From: Octopus bimaculoides
Taxonomy: Eukaryota
Reading direction: 5' to 3'
NCBI RefSeq assembly: GCF_001194135.2
Contig: NC_068993.1
Span: forward strand, 59,696,817 to 59,760,816
DNA length: 64,000 nucleotides
The first letter of the stretch is position 1; every line of letters starts with the position of its first letter. Below are positions 11,703 through 25,141 of this stretch, in pieces. The notes beneath the pieces are model-generated. The model saw only the letters and a list, made by a program, of their open reading frames with translations. It was not told the origin of the DNA and did not search any database. The translations under genes were made by a program, and so were the position numbers.

Positions 11703-12579
11703 TGGTATCAAAAGGTTTCCGGATTAGTTATGTTTAATAAAAATTAACCAATTTACCTAAGTTTAGCATCACCTGCTTCGAAATAGTCACCTTGCGCAGC
11801 AATACACCTGTTCCAGCGTTCCTGCCACTTCTGGAATCCGGTCTGGAAGTTGTTTTCCGTTAGCGAGTCGAGGACCTTCTGCGATTCGCTCTGGATCTCC
11901 GTAACAGTGTTAAAACGGTAACATTTGAGCTGCATTTTTTATCTTGGGGGAAGAGATGGAAGTCCGCGGGTGCTAAATCTGGCGAATAGGGTGCGTGCGG
12001 AATCGATACCATGTTATTTTTGGCGAGAAACTCTGGTGACAACGGTGCATTGTCATCGTGAAGAATCCAATTCTTCGCGCTCCACAGATCCGATCTCTTT
12101 CGCTGACTGTCCTCCTCCAAACGCTTCAAAACGTCCTTGATTTTCCTTCGATGAGCATCATATATACGCTGATAAAATTTCTCCACATATCCGGGTGTGA
12201 CGATCATGGCAGGTCTTCCAGATCAGTTATCGTCTTCCAGGAATGTACTTCCGTTTTTGAAGCGCCCGTGCCACTCAGAACAATGCGTGAGACACATTGC
12301 CTCATCACCGTAAGCTTGTCAAAGCTCGCTCATTGTTTCTGTAGCAGATATCTCAAATTTAACGCAAAATTTCACCGTTGGCTCTTTGACTCCAATTTCC
12401 AGTCCATGACAAAAACCGCAGACTACAGCATACCTCTGATTACAAAAACACAAATTGCGAAGTCACTCGCCAACTGCCTTATAAAGATCACTGCTAACTC
12501 TCAATGCGCACCAATCTTGTGCGGCCATCTGTTGGCGCGCTACAAAACTATTCCCGGAACTTTCTGATACCATCTCGTA
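11703..12579 (-). mobile_element. Mariner transposon, internally deleted (~880 bp), both TIRs present
   Basis: TIRs at 11703-11729 and 12546-12572 match at 22/27 positions; TA at 12578-12579. Minus-strand frames give the N-terminal HTH (QRANVKFCVK..SATET...QAYGDEAM...EWH.RFKNG...LEDD..SGRP) joined almost directly to WILHDDNAP..EFLAKNNM..IPHAPYSPDLAPADFHLFP..QERWNRCIAAQGDYFE. Confidence 0.93.
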
Positions 12580-13029
12580 CACCCCCCCCACACACACGCA
12601 CACACACACACACACACACATCCCCCTACACATATATAAATATATGATATATGTGTATATGTGTGTGTATGTGTGCTATTTAAATCTGAAACTGCGTAAA
12701 TCTCTACTGCTTCTTGTTATCAATCCTCATACGACAGATTTTATTGTTCTTGAAGCTTTCTCATTGGCACTAATCGGAAACTTCGGAAAAGCACTGAGGT
12801 GCCAATATCTACCCATCTACGAAACAGCATCCGTCTGCCTGCATATTAACTAGGGACACAGTAAGTAGGGTGGAATGACATTTAGTTATGTAGAACCTCT
12901 TTGAACATGTGTGCCTACATTCGGACATGGAAAGACAATACGCTGTACAAACTGTCTCGAGAGGAGAAATACTCTTTATAGACAATATAAACACACCACT
13001 AGGCCATGAATTATGACACCAGAGCGTAG

Positions 13030-13070
13030 AACACATGTATTTCTGCTTTGTTATACTTCATCAGCGACAG
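13030..13070 (-). ncRNA. Degenerate hammerhead-like motif (weak)
   Basis: Minus strand CTGATGA-A-G-tataacaaag-C-A-GAAA-TACATGTGT. Core boxes and a self-complementary stem III are present, but stem II is essentially lost. Confidence 0.25.
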
Positions 13071-13847
13071 ATACCATGCTGCCGTTCATGGAAAGTAAGA
13101 GCTAGTTGCTCTTGCAGTAGAACTGCAAATGGTAAATCTGCTGAGGTGCGAAAGCACTTGTCAAACTAGAATTAATTAATTAATTAGAAGTACAGTAAGC
13201 AGAGTTGAAGGAAATACAAACGTGCACGATCACACTAAACATGTCCGTGTACATTCGGAGATGGAGAGACGACAACAAGAGAACAATAAAAGTGATTAAT
13301 AACAAGAGAAAAATAAGAATGATTAATTAAACTATTTTAACATTTACATTGTTTCAATGCTAGAACTTCTTGGGTACAACTGAAGTATATTTAAAGATGA
13401 AGTATTGAAATTAATTGCTCTCATAATCATCTCTCTCTCACTCACTCTTTCTCTGTATATGTGTCTACCGTTTTTGTTAAATACCAATCTCTATTCACGA
13501 ACCTTTCTTTCTATGCTTGCCTCATCTTATCTTGCCTCATCTTATCGTTGTTTCTTTCTAAAACTCCCTCCTTCTTCGTATCTCTTTATCTCTAACTTTC
13601 TCTCTATATATCTTTTTTTTCGATTCGTCCATTCTTACACTACTTTATCTTCAACAGCATTTCCTCTCTCAATCACTGTCTTTCTTGCTGCTCACTAGTA
13701 ATACCCCTCCTTCTCACCTTTCCAAAGAAAGCACCACGTGATCTTCCTGTTTTTCAAGCTAACCATTTCTTTTGCGAAGTAATGTTTACCACCACTTAAA
13801 CATGGCTGTTCAGTAAGAATTACTGCTATCTCTAGCTGACGAGTATC

Positions 13848-13896
13848 AACCACTGATGATGACCACAAAAAGGTCGAAACCGTACGCTCTTGTGGT
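13848..13896 (+). ncRNA. PLE-type minimal hammerhead ribozyme core
   Basis: CTGATGA (13853-13859), T, GACC/acaaaaa/GGTC stem II (13861-13875), GAAA (13876-13879), then near-palindromic CCGTACGCTC. Stem I pairing (ACCA with TGGT) is out of register by 3 nt. Confidence 0.55.
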
Positions 13897-16800
13897 CGCG
13901 CGGCTGGAAGATGGTAGGGTTTCACTCCCCTGCTTGCAATACATATCTGGTGCAGAACAACCAGCTGGAGGAGGCGTCTTCCTGCGATTAAAAATAGCAG
14001 TACCATCGGTTCCTATGCAAAAGCCATTATTAAGAGGCGGTAAACTTTACCTTTCGGTATGGTTACTACTTTCATCTCTTACAGAGATTTTCTAACAAGT
14101 TGATTTACTCATTCCTTTCGCATTGACAATTCACGCGTCATTTGCCTTTCTTTCCAGCTTCTGATTTGTCTAAGACTTTAAATTTAGCTGTACATCCAAC
14201 TTTGTCCTAAGTGTAAAATAATTTCATTTTCTATATATGATTTTTTTTCAAAGTCTGAAAACACTACCACCTTTCCTATCAGTGTTATTTCGCACAAAAG
14301 ATTTTACTGCTGTCGCTTAGCCGAAAGACATTCTATGTAGAATATCTCCCTGTACTGTTTCTTTTTTCTTTTTCTTATTGTCCTTGTTTATTTGTTTCTT
14401 TCGTTTTATGTATTTCCTCCCGTTCTCTTCATAATTCGTACTTTTTACCATTCGCTCTAGAGACATCGCTGCTTTTTCTTGTTATTGTGTTTGTCTTATG
14501 TTTTTTCTTCGTGTTCGTTCATTATGTTACCCATTTATAACCTCAATAGTTTATGCTAGCGACACCACCAAATTCAACAATATTGTCGGAAGGTCATCCA
14601 AATTGTAATGATATATGATCAGATATCTGCGTCCATTGGGTGATTTTTTTCTTGTTTCGTCGTACGCTCCTTTTGCATCCTCTTTACTAAATTCTTTTAT
14701 ACATACATGCATACATACATACACACATACACACATACACACATATACTCATATATACACAAGCACGCACATATGCATCATGCGTAGTATAGTATAGAGG
14801 TTTCCTAGAGTAGCGATCTGTACAAATATACAATGGATACTGGTCTGATACTGGTGCCAAAGAATGCGATGTTTTATTATTTAGATATTCATAGAAAAAA
14901 TATTCACTGCGTTCGTCCCCCATTCCGAGACAAAATGAAGACTTGAACTTATCTCAGACACTCTGTGGAAATAGTATTGCACTTGGATGTAAAGGTGAAT
15001 CCTTACCTCAGTGCGGTGCCTTTTTACTACTCGAGGAACTAAAGTAAATAAATAAATAAAACTGATATTTATTCGTTGGTGAACACTTGTCGTGCAAGGC
15101 ATTAGTGAACAGACTAAAGGCTAAGAAGCACAAATGGTCTCCGTTAATCATCCAAGGAGACCGACTTCGCTCGCTATAAATTGATAAAAACAGGATGAAT
15201 GGTTTTTACAAAGTGAACTTCTGCTGAAGATATTAATGGCACCAGTGTGATAGAGATATCACTAACAGGTAATGAAACATTTTACACGAATGATATAATG
15301 AATGATATCAACAAAAAGGGAAAACTGCACGTTCAGTCGGTCGCCATTAGATTCATGTAAGTGTGATCACACGATCCCATCCGCTTTCAACATTCCATTC
15401 TCTGATAGTTGTCCATTAATCCCTTATGTTTATCGGTTAGAGAAAAACAATGGTGGAAAAGAAAGGAGCTGCAGTGAAAGTTAGTGAAAATTAATTTACT
15501 TTCTATAGATATATTTTCTGGGCGATCTATCGATGATTAGGAAAGATTAGCGGTAAAGCGAGCAGATTTTATTTGGCATTCTAGATCGAATCACCGATCT
15601 TCAAGCGGAAAAAGGAAGACGGCATGATTCAATGCTGTTGTGGACTGAACAGTTGTATGCCCCAAACGTCATTTTTTGGGACATCGAGGATCTGGTACTT
15701 CATTATTTAGTATACTGCTCCCCTTTTGTAGACGTCAGAGTTTAATTTGAGGGATATGTGGCTACGATATCTAGAAAAGTTAATTGAACACGTATTCAGT
15801 GGCAGCATTATTCACATTGATGAATGATTCTTTGGTTTGAATGTTTCAAAGAGTTTCAGGGAATATGGATTTGCCTTAGATTGGAGTTTTATCCCGATGG
15901 GTTAGACATACCTCTTCCGAATTAGAGACGGTTGTCAATCTTCCCTCATATAACATCTAGCACGTCATAATAAAAGGGAAGACACATTATTTAAAGAAAG
16001 ATGTACAAAAAGATCGCTGTTCATGGTTGCAATGTATTTTTTTTTCATATGTTTATCGAAACAAGGATGACCTGATCTTAAACAACAAATGATAGAACCA
16101 TTAGAAAACTCCACAACTTATAATTTTCACAGCTCTAATATTTATTATTTGTTTTATCTTTAGACACCTGAAACATTGACAAAAACATAAATGGATGATA
16201 AGGCGATCAAGTACATTACATGACATATAATGTATGCAGACATGTAATGGACTTAATTTTATTAATACATCGCAATGGCGAGCTTGTAATTGCATCTGCA
16301 CGTATTGTTTTGGTATTTCGAATAAGACAAATGCAATTAATGATTGGATGGAGACCTCCTAGGCTGATAAATGTAAGTATAAATTTAGTCCTGACCATCA
16401 AGCATTTCGAGAACGGCATTCTTCTATGACGGCTGAGTCGGCGAACAGCGCCACCTCTGGCTGATTTGGTAGCCATCTTGTCGAGCCTTCAGTAAAACTG
16501 AAATGGAAGGAACTAGAAGGAATGGCGACAAATATATGTGTCAATTAGTGGAAAGCAGCAAATTGCTTAGTATGAGCGTATACCTGTGTATACACTCAGT
16601 ATGTCAATATGCTATATATATACACAAACTGTACGCCCCGTATATATATAATATATACAAGGGTGTATGTGTATATATATANNNNNNNNNNNNNNNNNNN
16701 NNNNNNNNNNNNNNNNNNNNNNNNNNNNNNNNNNNNNNNNNNNNNNNNNNNNNNNNNNNNNNNNNNNNNNNNNNNNNNNNNNNNNNNNNNNNNNNNNNNN

Positions 16801-17087
16801 NNNNNNNNNNNNNNNNNNNNNNNNNNNNNNNNNNNNNNNNNNNNNNNNNNNNNNNNNNNNNNNNNNNNNNNNNNNNNNNNNNNNNNNNNNNNNNNNNNNN
16901 NNNNNNNNNNNNNNNNNNNNNNNNNNNNNNNNNNNNNNNNNNNNNNNNNNNNNNNNNNNNNNNNNNNNNNNNNNNNNNNNNNNNNNNNNNNNNNNNNNNN
17001 NNNNNNNNNNNNNNNNNNNNNNNATATATATATATATATATATATATGACTACATGTATTAAAAATCAGAGAGAAAAAGAATGTGAC

Positions 17088-17118
<31 letters not shown>

Positions 17119-17308
17119 GAAAATGGAGAGAGAGAGAGAGAGAGAGAGACAGAGAAAGGGTGTCTATGCATGCATGAGGCTGTACGTGTTCACGTTAATG
17201 GCTCTGTGTGTAGATTAACGAGAATATTTTCATTATGGACCTACATTTAAATCTTTTAATGTATTTTATCATCTTTCATATTGACTTTATGTTATATCTC
17301 TCTCTTTC

Positions 17309-17348
<40 letters not shown>

Positions 17349-17477
17349 GGCTATCTGTCTGTCAGTCTATATATCTACGCATACATATATACATATATAT
17401 ATATAGAAATGTACTTCGTCGCATGCTTGGTGCAAGAGATAAATCAAAATTAAAGATGAGGTGTTTGTGAAATAATA

Positions 17478-17640
17478 TTTACTCTTTTTTTTATTTGTTT
17501 CAGTCATTTGACTGCGGCCATGCTGGAGCACCGCCTTTTAGTCGAGCAAATCGACCCCAGGACTTATTCTTTGGAAGCCTAGTACTTATTCTATTGGTAG
17601 CTTTTGCCGAACTGCTAAGTTACGAGGACGTAAATAAACC
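17478..17640 (-). mobile_element. SINE family A, 3' half
   Basis: tgtttcagtcatttgactgcggccatgctggagcaccgcc..gaccccaggacttattcttt..agtacttattct is the reverse complement of the family-A 3' half. Truncated where the R4-like fragment starts. Confidence 0.9.
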
Positions 17641-17997
17641 GCTGAGAATGGCGGAGTCGGAGATTAGCAGAATCCGCTGGGATTTCCCAATCCAAACAGA
17701 TCAGGTGCTAGAGCATAACAGACCAGACCTAGTGGTGGTCGACAAGATGCACCACATACGCTATATAGTTGATGCTGCATTCCCCTTTGATCTACGAATA
17801 GTCAAGAAGGAAGGTGAAAAGATAGATAGATACAACTCTCTTAAGTACGAAATAGCCCGGCTATGGAAAATGGAGGTGAAGACAGGGCCAATTATTGTTG
17901 GATCCTTGGGGACAGTATCAGAAGGCATCAAGAGGAATATAAAGGAAACTGGAATAGAGTGCTCAGTAGAACTGTTACAAAAGGTTTGCCTCCTTGG
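17636..17997 (+). mobile_element. R4/Dong-clade non-LTR retrotransposon, restriction-like endonuclease (RLE) domain, 5'-truncated
   Basis: Open frame IRWDFPIQTDQVLEHNRPDLVVVDK..YIVDAAFPFD..KKEGEKIDRYNSLKYEIARLWKM..PIIVGSLG..LLQKVCLLG has the PD-(D/E)xK-type RLE motif of R4-clade elements. Runs into the N gap at 17998. Confidence 0.9.
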
Positions 17998-18741
17998 NNN
18001 NNNNNNNNNNNNNNNNNNNNNNNNNNNNNNNNNNNNNNNNNNNNNNNNNNNNNNNNNNNNNNNNNNNNNNNNNNNNNNNNNNNNNNNNNNNNNNNNNNNN
18101 NNNNNNNNNNNNNNNNNNNNNNNNNNNNNNNNNNNNNNNNNNNNNNNNNNNNNNNNNNNNNNNNNNNNNNNNNNNNNNNNNNNNNNNNNNNNNNNNNNNN
18201 NNNNNNNNNNNNNNNNNNNNNNNNNNNNNNNNNNNNNNNNNNNNNNNNNNNNNNNNNNNNNNNNNNNNNNNNNNNNNNNNNNNNNNNNNNNNNNNNNNNN
18301 NNNNNNNNNNNNNNNNNNNNNNNNNNNNNNNNNNNNNNNNNNNNNNNNNNNNNNNNNNNNNNNNNNNNNNNNNNNNNNNNNNNNNNNNNNNNNNNNNNNN
18401 NNNNNNNNNNNNNNNNNNNNNNNNNNNNNNNNNNNNNNNNNNNNNNNNNNNNNNNNNNNNNNNNNNNNNNNNNNNNNNNNNNNNNNNNNNNNNNNNNNNN
18501 NNNNNNNNNNNNNNNNNNNNNNNNNNNNNNNNNNNNNNNNNNNNNNNNNNNNNNNNNNNNNNNNNNNNNNNNNNNNNNNNNNNNNNNNNNNNNNNNNNNN
18601 NNNNNNNNNNNNNNNNNNNNNNNNNNNNNNNNNNNNNNNNNNNNNNNNNNNNNNNNNNNNNNNNNNNNNNNNNNNNNNNNNNNNNNNNNNNNNNNNNNNN
18701 NNNNNNNNNNNNNNNNNNNNNNNNNNNNNNNNNNNNNNNNN

Positions 18742-18787
<46 letters not shown>

Positions 18788-20200
18788 CAATTTACGGAAT
18801 TCTTAATCATGTTAACACCATATTGGCCTCATTCCTCACCAATTCCCCTCTTATGCATGACAACACAACGGTGGCAAGTGGCAACTCTCATGGTGTGTTC
18901 GCGTGTTCCCAGCTGCACTGGAAGATCACATCGTTGCTGTATAATGGCCACCGACTGCCCACATAGTCAGCCATGCGTCTCTCTTTTGATGACTATAGGC
19001 GCGCGCGTGTATGTTCGTGTACCTGCGTGTGTCTGCGTGTGTGTGCGTCATTGTGAGTGCAATCGCGCCTGTATCCATGAAAGTGTACCTAAGAGTATGG
19101 AGATGTTGATCTGTATGTGTGTTTGCATGTGTGTGTAAAAATGGATGTCAGATAATGAGACACGGATAGATATTAAAATATACACATACGCGTTAAATAG
19201 AAATACAAATATGCACTGTAACATAAATACACACACAGCATTTATAATATACATGTATTTACGTACATATATAAATTATATTATCTCTCTCCCTCTCTCT
19301 CGCTTCTTACATATACACATACACACACATTTATGTATACATATATATATTTTTTACCCAAGCATGCATATATACATAAATATATGTATAAATACATACG
19401 TTTGTATGCTCACACACATATATACAAGTAAATATATGAATATACACATATAAATCTGTGTGTATATATATATATATATNNNNNNNNNNNNNNNNNNNNN
19501 NNNNNNNNNNNNNNNNNNNNNNNNNNNNNNNNNNNNNNNNNNNNNNNNNNNNNNNNNNNNNNNNNNNNNNNNNNNNNNNNNNNNNNNNNNNNNNNNNNNN
19601 NNNNNNNNNNNNNNNNNNNNNNNNNNNNNNNNNNNNNNNNNNNNNNNNNNNNNNNNNNNNNNNNNNNNNNNNNNNNNNNNNNNNNNNNNNNNNNNNNNNN
19701 NNNNNNNNNNNNNNNNNNNNNNNNNNNNNNNNNNNNNNNNNNNNNNNNNNNNNNNNNNNNNNNNNNNNNNNNNNNNNNNNNNNNNNNNNNNNNNNNNNNN
19801 NNNNNNNNNNNNNNNNNNNNNNNNNNNNNNNNNNNNNNNNNNNNNNNNNNNNNNNNNNNNNNNNNNNNNNNNNNNNNNNNNNNNNNNNNNNNNNNNNNNN
19901 NNNNNNNNNNNNNNNNNNNNNNNNNNNNNNNNNNNNNNNNNNNNNNNNNNNNNNNNNNNNNNNNNNNNNNNNNNNNNNNNNNNNNNNNNNNNNNNNNNNN
20001 NNNNNNNNNNNNNNNNNNNNNNNNNNNNNNNNNNNNNNNNNNNNNNNNNNNNNNNNNCCGCATTCAGTTGCATTTCGAACATTCGACGATGCAGAGTTCC
20101 AAACAGCCACAATGATGAAACGTGCGTAAGGACAAATTATACAAACCTATGTTTATCGAAATTTCTGACTTCTCTCTTTCTGTACACACGCGCGCATGCA

Positions 20201-20252
<52 letters not shown>

Positions 20253-20399
20253 AATATACACGTTCCTCGCTATATATCAGCTGTTTGTGGTCACAGCTTT
20301 AGAGGGTGGTGAAGTGAAAGACGATCTAACGCCAGTGCCAAAATTAAAATTTTTCATTTCTTTTTGATACACACCAGCATGTCAGATTCTAATTTGACA

Positions 20400-20680
20400 C
20401 AAAAAACGAAAAGGTATGCCGTGCTTTAGTGATTCCAGACACCTTTGATGTATGGTATTGACCGCATGAGCTGTTCTTCTGGAAGTATTCTTTGTTGTTT
20501 GGTATCTTTTGTTTTTTCTTGAGATTTTGTTGAATGGCGCATCCTGAATGTTTGAATGTTGTAGACAGACGACTGTGTCCTAGTTTTATCTTTTTATCAA
20601 AATATTTCCTGTTCTCATGAGTCAGTTGGTGTCTGTTTAGGGCTGTAAAGATTGTAAAAAAAACCACGAGTCTTTTTTTT
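20400..20680 (-). mobile_element. Possible RTE/L2-like LINE post-RT remnant
   Basis: Minus frame includes LNRHQL...QKIPNNKEYFQK, weakly like WTL.RRH..KL...W.DKIPN.EVL. Degraded. Confidence 0.3.
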
Positions 20681-20833
20681 CTTCCCGAGTCCACAGAATA
20701 GAGATGAAAGAATTGTTGGGGACGCGTGTTGAACACACTTCTCCTGGTCATTCAACATAAGCGATTTACTCCATCTCCCCCCCCCCCCNNNNNNNNNNNN
20801 NNNNNNNNNNNNNNNNNNNNNNNNNNNNNNNNN

Positions 20834-20889
<56 letters not shown>

Positions 20890-20899
20890 AGATATTAGG

Positions 20900-21020
20900 C
20901 AGGTACTTTATCTATTGAATGTAATAGGATGAAAGGCAAAGTTGGTCTCGGCGGGATTTGAACTTGGGGCATAGAGGGCTGGAAGAAATACCGCAGCACA
21001 TTCTATCTGACATCCTAACA
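20900..21020 (-). mobile_element. SINE family B fragment
   Basis: ggtactttatct..ggatgaaaggcaaagttggtctcggcgggatttgaact..gaaataccgc. Confidence 0.8.
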
Positions 21021-23252
21021 AAGCTAAGCAGTACACAAAGCGTCACAGTTTCAATTTCTCATCATACTCATATACTTTGCAATTTATTTTCTCATGTGAT
21101 AACCATGCGCAAGATAAAAGTAAAATGAAATAAAACAAAACAGCCTCGATGTGAGTGACTATCGGTCTTGCTTAACTAACTGGGACATCATCCCACGAAA
21201 CATCATCTCATGCTTTACTGAACGACAAGAACCAATTATTTCATACACTAAAAACATTCGACTCATAAAGAAGCTATTGAAACAATTATTCTGTCGCTCG
21301 TATACTATGTTGTTCATTACTTGGTAAATAGTAAGTATAAATTAATTAAGCAAGTATAATTTAATTAGGACAACACAATATACATTAATTAGGATAACTG
21401 GTGCTATATTTAGTTTGGCTTTTATTCCTTGCGTACGGAGGCGATTTTTAAAACTTCAGAGTGTCTTTACACATTTATTTTATGAGTGTGGAGTTAACGC
21501 CTTATCTCATTTCTTCCGGCTCTATGTGTTCTAAGTTTAGATTTTGCCGAGCTTTAGCTTCGCTTTGAATACTTTCGGGGTGGATAAACCATAAGAGTAT
21601 TACCTGAGTATTTGAGATCAACAGAATCAACAATCCCGTCTTCTTATTATTGCTGGCCTTGTGATTGACTAAAAGAACATCATCTGAAACACAGACACTC
21701 TCTCTCTCACACACGCGCACACACACGCGCACATACACACCCTTATGTATATATGTGTGTATGCTTTCATACAAACCAAATATTAAATGAACTGTAACAT
21801 ATCTTGCAGACTCAATTGTATGTCCATAAGTTTATTGCATACACCCTTACATGTGTACATTTTTATGGATCTTAAGACTCACTTGCATGTATACATTTCT
21901 TTAAATATATATTATTCACTTCCACACTTCTAAATATATTCCACCTTCTAAATGTATTTTAGAAAACTACGTTGGGTTCTAATTTTAGACCATTTCAACG
22001 TACTTGGCAATCCATTTCTTGTTGCAGGACTCTTTTGTTATAAACAAGAATTTTGTCTTGGTAATCGGACTTGTCCCATTTCAAATAGACTACAATAAAC
22101 AAGTAGAAAATAATTTTTGCTATTGTGTTTAATAGAGGAAAAAAATATGTGTATTATATTCTGTGTTTCGTGTTGAGTTGAATCAACATATTTCTGAAAA
22201 TATTCAAACATCGAAGAAGACCACAACCGAAGGAACAAAAAACGAACATTATAAAATTGTTTGAGCTTATGTGGATACTTATAATTATGCATTGTGTGTG
22301 TTGTGTAAGTATGTATCTATAGGGTCCACAGTTCTTCAATATCCTCTCAAAAAGCCCGAGAGACATACACGGGGTCAAAATAGGTGTTTTCAAAACAAAA
22401 CTGAATCTTCTATCAATTGTTCAGGATGAAGCCACCTCGCGGCAGGAAACGCAGATGAGAGCAGCAACATCAAATTCCCTCATTCGCCAAATGCCGTGTG
22501 TGAGAAGATTTTTCAAGTAAGGAATGTGTAGCGAAGCTAACGAAGGTGCCCCTGCATGGTCGCAGCTTTCGACCTGAATAGAATTGAAAAAAACCCAAAA
22601 CAACTCGGACATGTTTAATATGGTTACACTAATACAATCTTCCATATATTCCCGTAGAGAAATTAGCACACAGGCGCACACACCTATGCAAATCTGTTTG
22701 TGTGCATACACTGCATAATATTAATTCATTGAAGAGTCTATTCATTCGAAGCAGATGCTACTCTGAGTTTGGTGCATCTGTGAGGTGAGTTACGCGTTCG
22801 TTCCACCGAAAGTACTACCGGTATTTCGTTCGGTTTCTCCATATCTTGCCTTCCCGCTCGCACAATACCCCTGTTACTCTCCTCCCCACTTCTCTCTCGC
22901 TGACGCGTAATCGCCGGTTTAAGGCTCCTTTCTCTCGTCTTTCTTGTCTTTCGTTCGTTCTTCTTTTCTTCCTCTCTTTTAGTTTTAAATCATTCCCAAT
23001 CACCTCGTTCCAGCTCTCTCACTCCCTTACTAACTCTCTTTCTCTCTCACTTATCTCTCCCCATCTTAGTTTAACTATCAGTCTCTCGATTCCTCTTCTC
23101 TATCACCCGCCCTTCTCCACATCCGTCTCCATTATATTTGTACAATTTCTTCGTTAATTATAAGTTTTTCATTTCTGGTTCCTTCTCCCTGATCTTATCA
23201 ATAATGCAGACTTCGTTACCACAGACGCATCACTAAGTGCAAAGTGAGAACC

Positions 23253-23293
<41 letters not shown>

Positions 23294-24056
23294 CACACAC
23301 TCACACACACACATACACAAACACACACACGCTCAGACATATTTATAATATCACACACTCATAATGAAACATATATATATATATATGTACATACATACAA
23401 CACACANNNNNNNNNNNNNNNNNNNNNNNNNNNNNNNNNNNNNNNNNNNNNNNNNNNNNNNNNNNNNNNNNNNNNNNNNNNNNNNNNNNNNNNNNNNNNN
23501 NNNNNNNNNNNNNNNNNNNNNNNNNNNNNNNNNNNNNNNNNNNNNNNNNNNNNNNNNNNNNNNNNNNNNNNNNNNNNNNNNNNNNNNNNNNNNNNNNNNN
23601 NNNNNNNNNNNNNNNNNNNNNNNNNNNNNNNNNNNNNNNNNNNNNNNNNNNNNNNNNNNNNNNNNNNNNNNNNNNNNNNNNNNNNNNNNNNNNNNNNNNN
23701 NNNNNNNNNNNNNNNNNNNNNNNNNNNNNNNNNNNNNNNNNNNNNNNNNNNNNNNNNNNNNNNNNNNNNNNNNNNNNNNNNNNNNNNNNNNNNNNNNNNN
23801 NNNNNNNNNNNNNNNNNNNNNNNNNNNNNNNNNNNNNNNNNNNNNNNNNNNNNNNNNNNNNNNNNNNNNNNNNNNNNNNNNNNNNNNNNNNNNNNNNNNN
23901 NNNNNNNNNNNNNNNNNNNNNNNNNNNNNNNNNNNNNNNNNNNNNNNNNNNNNNNNNNNNNNNNNNNNNNNNNNNNNNNNNNNNNNNNNNNNNNNNNNNN
24001 NNNNNNNNNNNNNNNNNNNNNNNNNNNNNNNNNNNNNNNNNNNNNNNNNNNNNNNN

Positions 24057-24103
<47 letters not shown>

Positions 24104-24451
24104 ATATAACGGAATAATGATAAACGCTATTTTATAATGATAATAATAATGCTAATGAATTTTTTTTTTTTTTATAAATAGGGAGAAAAATAAAACAGAG
24201 GAGTTGGGAAAATATTTAATAGAGTAAAATTCTAGAAATAAATAATTTAGAAAATGTAGCTAAAATTAAAGAATATCATAAAAACGACAGAAAGTATTAA
24301 ATATAAAGTAAATAAATATGAAATGCGTAAATAATATACATATATATATCTCAACACATATATACACTTATATATGTACATGTATACATACCTAGATACA
24401 TACATATATGCATACATGTATATATATGTATATTTACACACACACACACAT

Positions 24452-24507
<56 letters not shown>

Positions 24508-24821
24508 TATGTATATATGTCTAGACACATGCACATATCCATGTATGAATGTAGGCGAAAAAGAAATAAAAAACAAGACATTCGAAATTGATATAAAATG
24601 CTGAGTTAATATAAAGAAATAAAAGTAAACAATACTAAATAAAAATACATGTAGAATTAAAAAAAAAAACCATTTACGAAAAATATGCGCAAAAATTCTT
24701 CAGAAAAATTTGCTATACAGCTTTAAATATATTAAATGAAACTAGTATATAGATGAACACACACACACACACATATGTATATATATATATACGCATGCAC
24801 ATACATATATATGTACGTATG

Positions 24822-24882
<61 letters not shown>

Positions 24883-25110
24883 NNNNNNNNNNNNNNNNNN
24901 NNNNNNNNNNNNNNNNNNNNNNNNNNNNNNNNNNNNNNNNNNNNNNNNNNNNNNNNNNNNNNNNNNNNNNNNNNNNNNNNNNNNNNNNNNNNNNNNNNNN
25001 NNNNNNNNNNNNNNNNNNNNNNNNNNNNNNNNNNNNNNNNNNNNNNNNNNNNNNNNNNNNNNNNNNNNNNNNNNNNNNNNNNNNNNNNNNNNNNNNNNNN
25101 NNNNNNNNTG

Positions 25111-25141
<31 letters not shown>

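Noticed and set aside
16216-16476. ORF MATKSARGGAVRR.. with caagATGGC context and a partial CTCF-like GGTGGCGC
   Set aside because: No homology or good donor, and the motif matches only half of the CTCF consensus.
17495-19138. 547-aa ORF and other long ORFs containing X runs
   Set aside because: Their length comes from N gaps. Only 17636-17997 (RLE domain) is real coding-derived sequence; the N-terminus is an antisense SINE.
21604-21683. Minus-strand 80-bp AG..GT exon candidate
   Set aside because: The only open frame gives no recognisable peptide; splice-like sites are frequent by chance.
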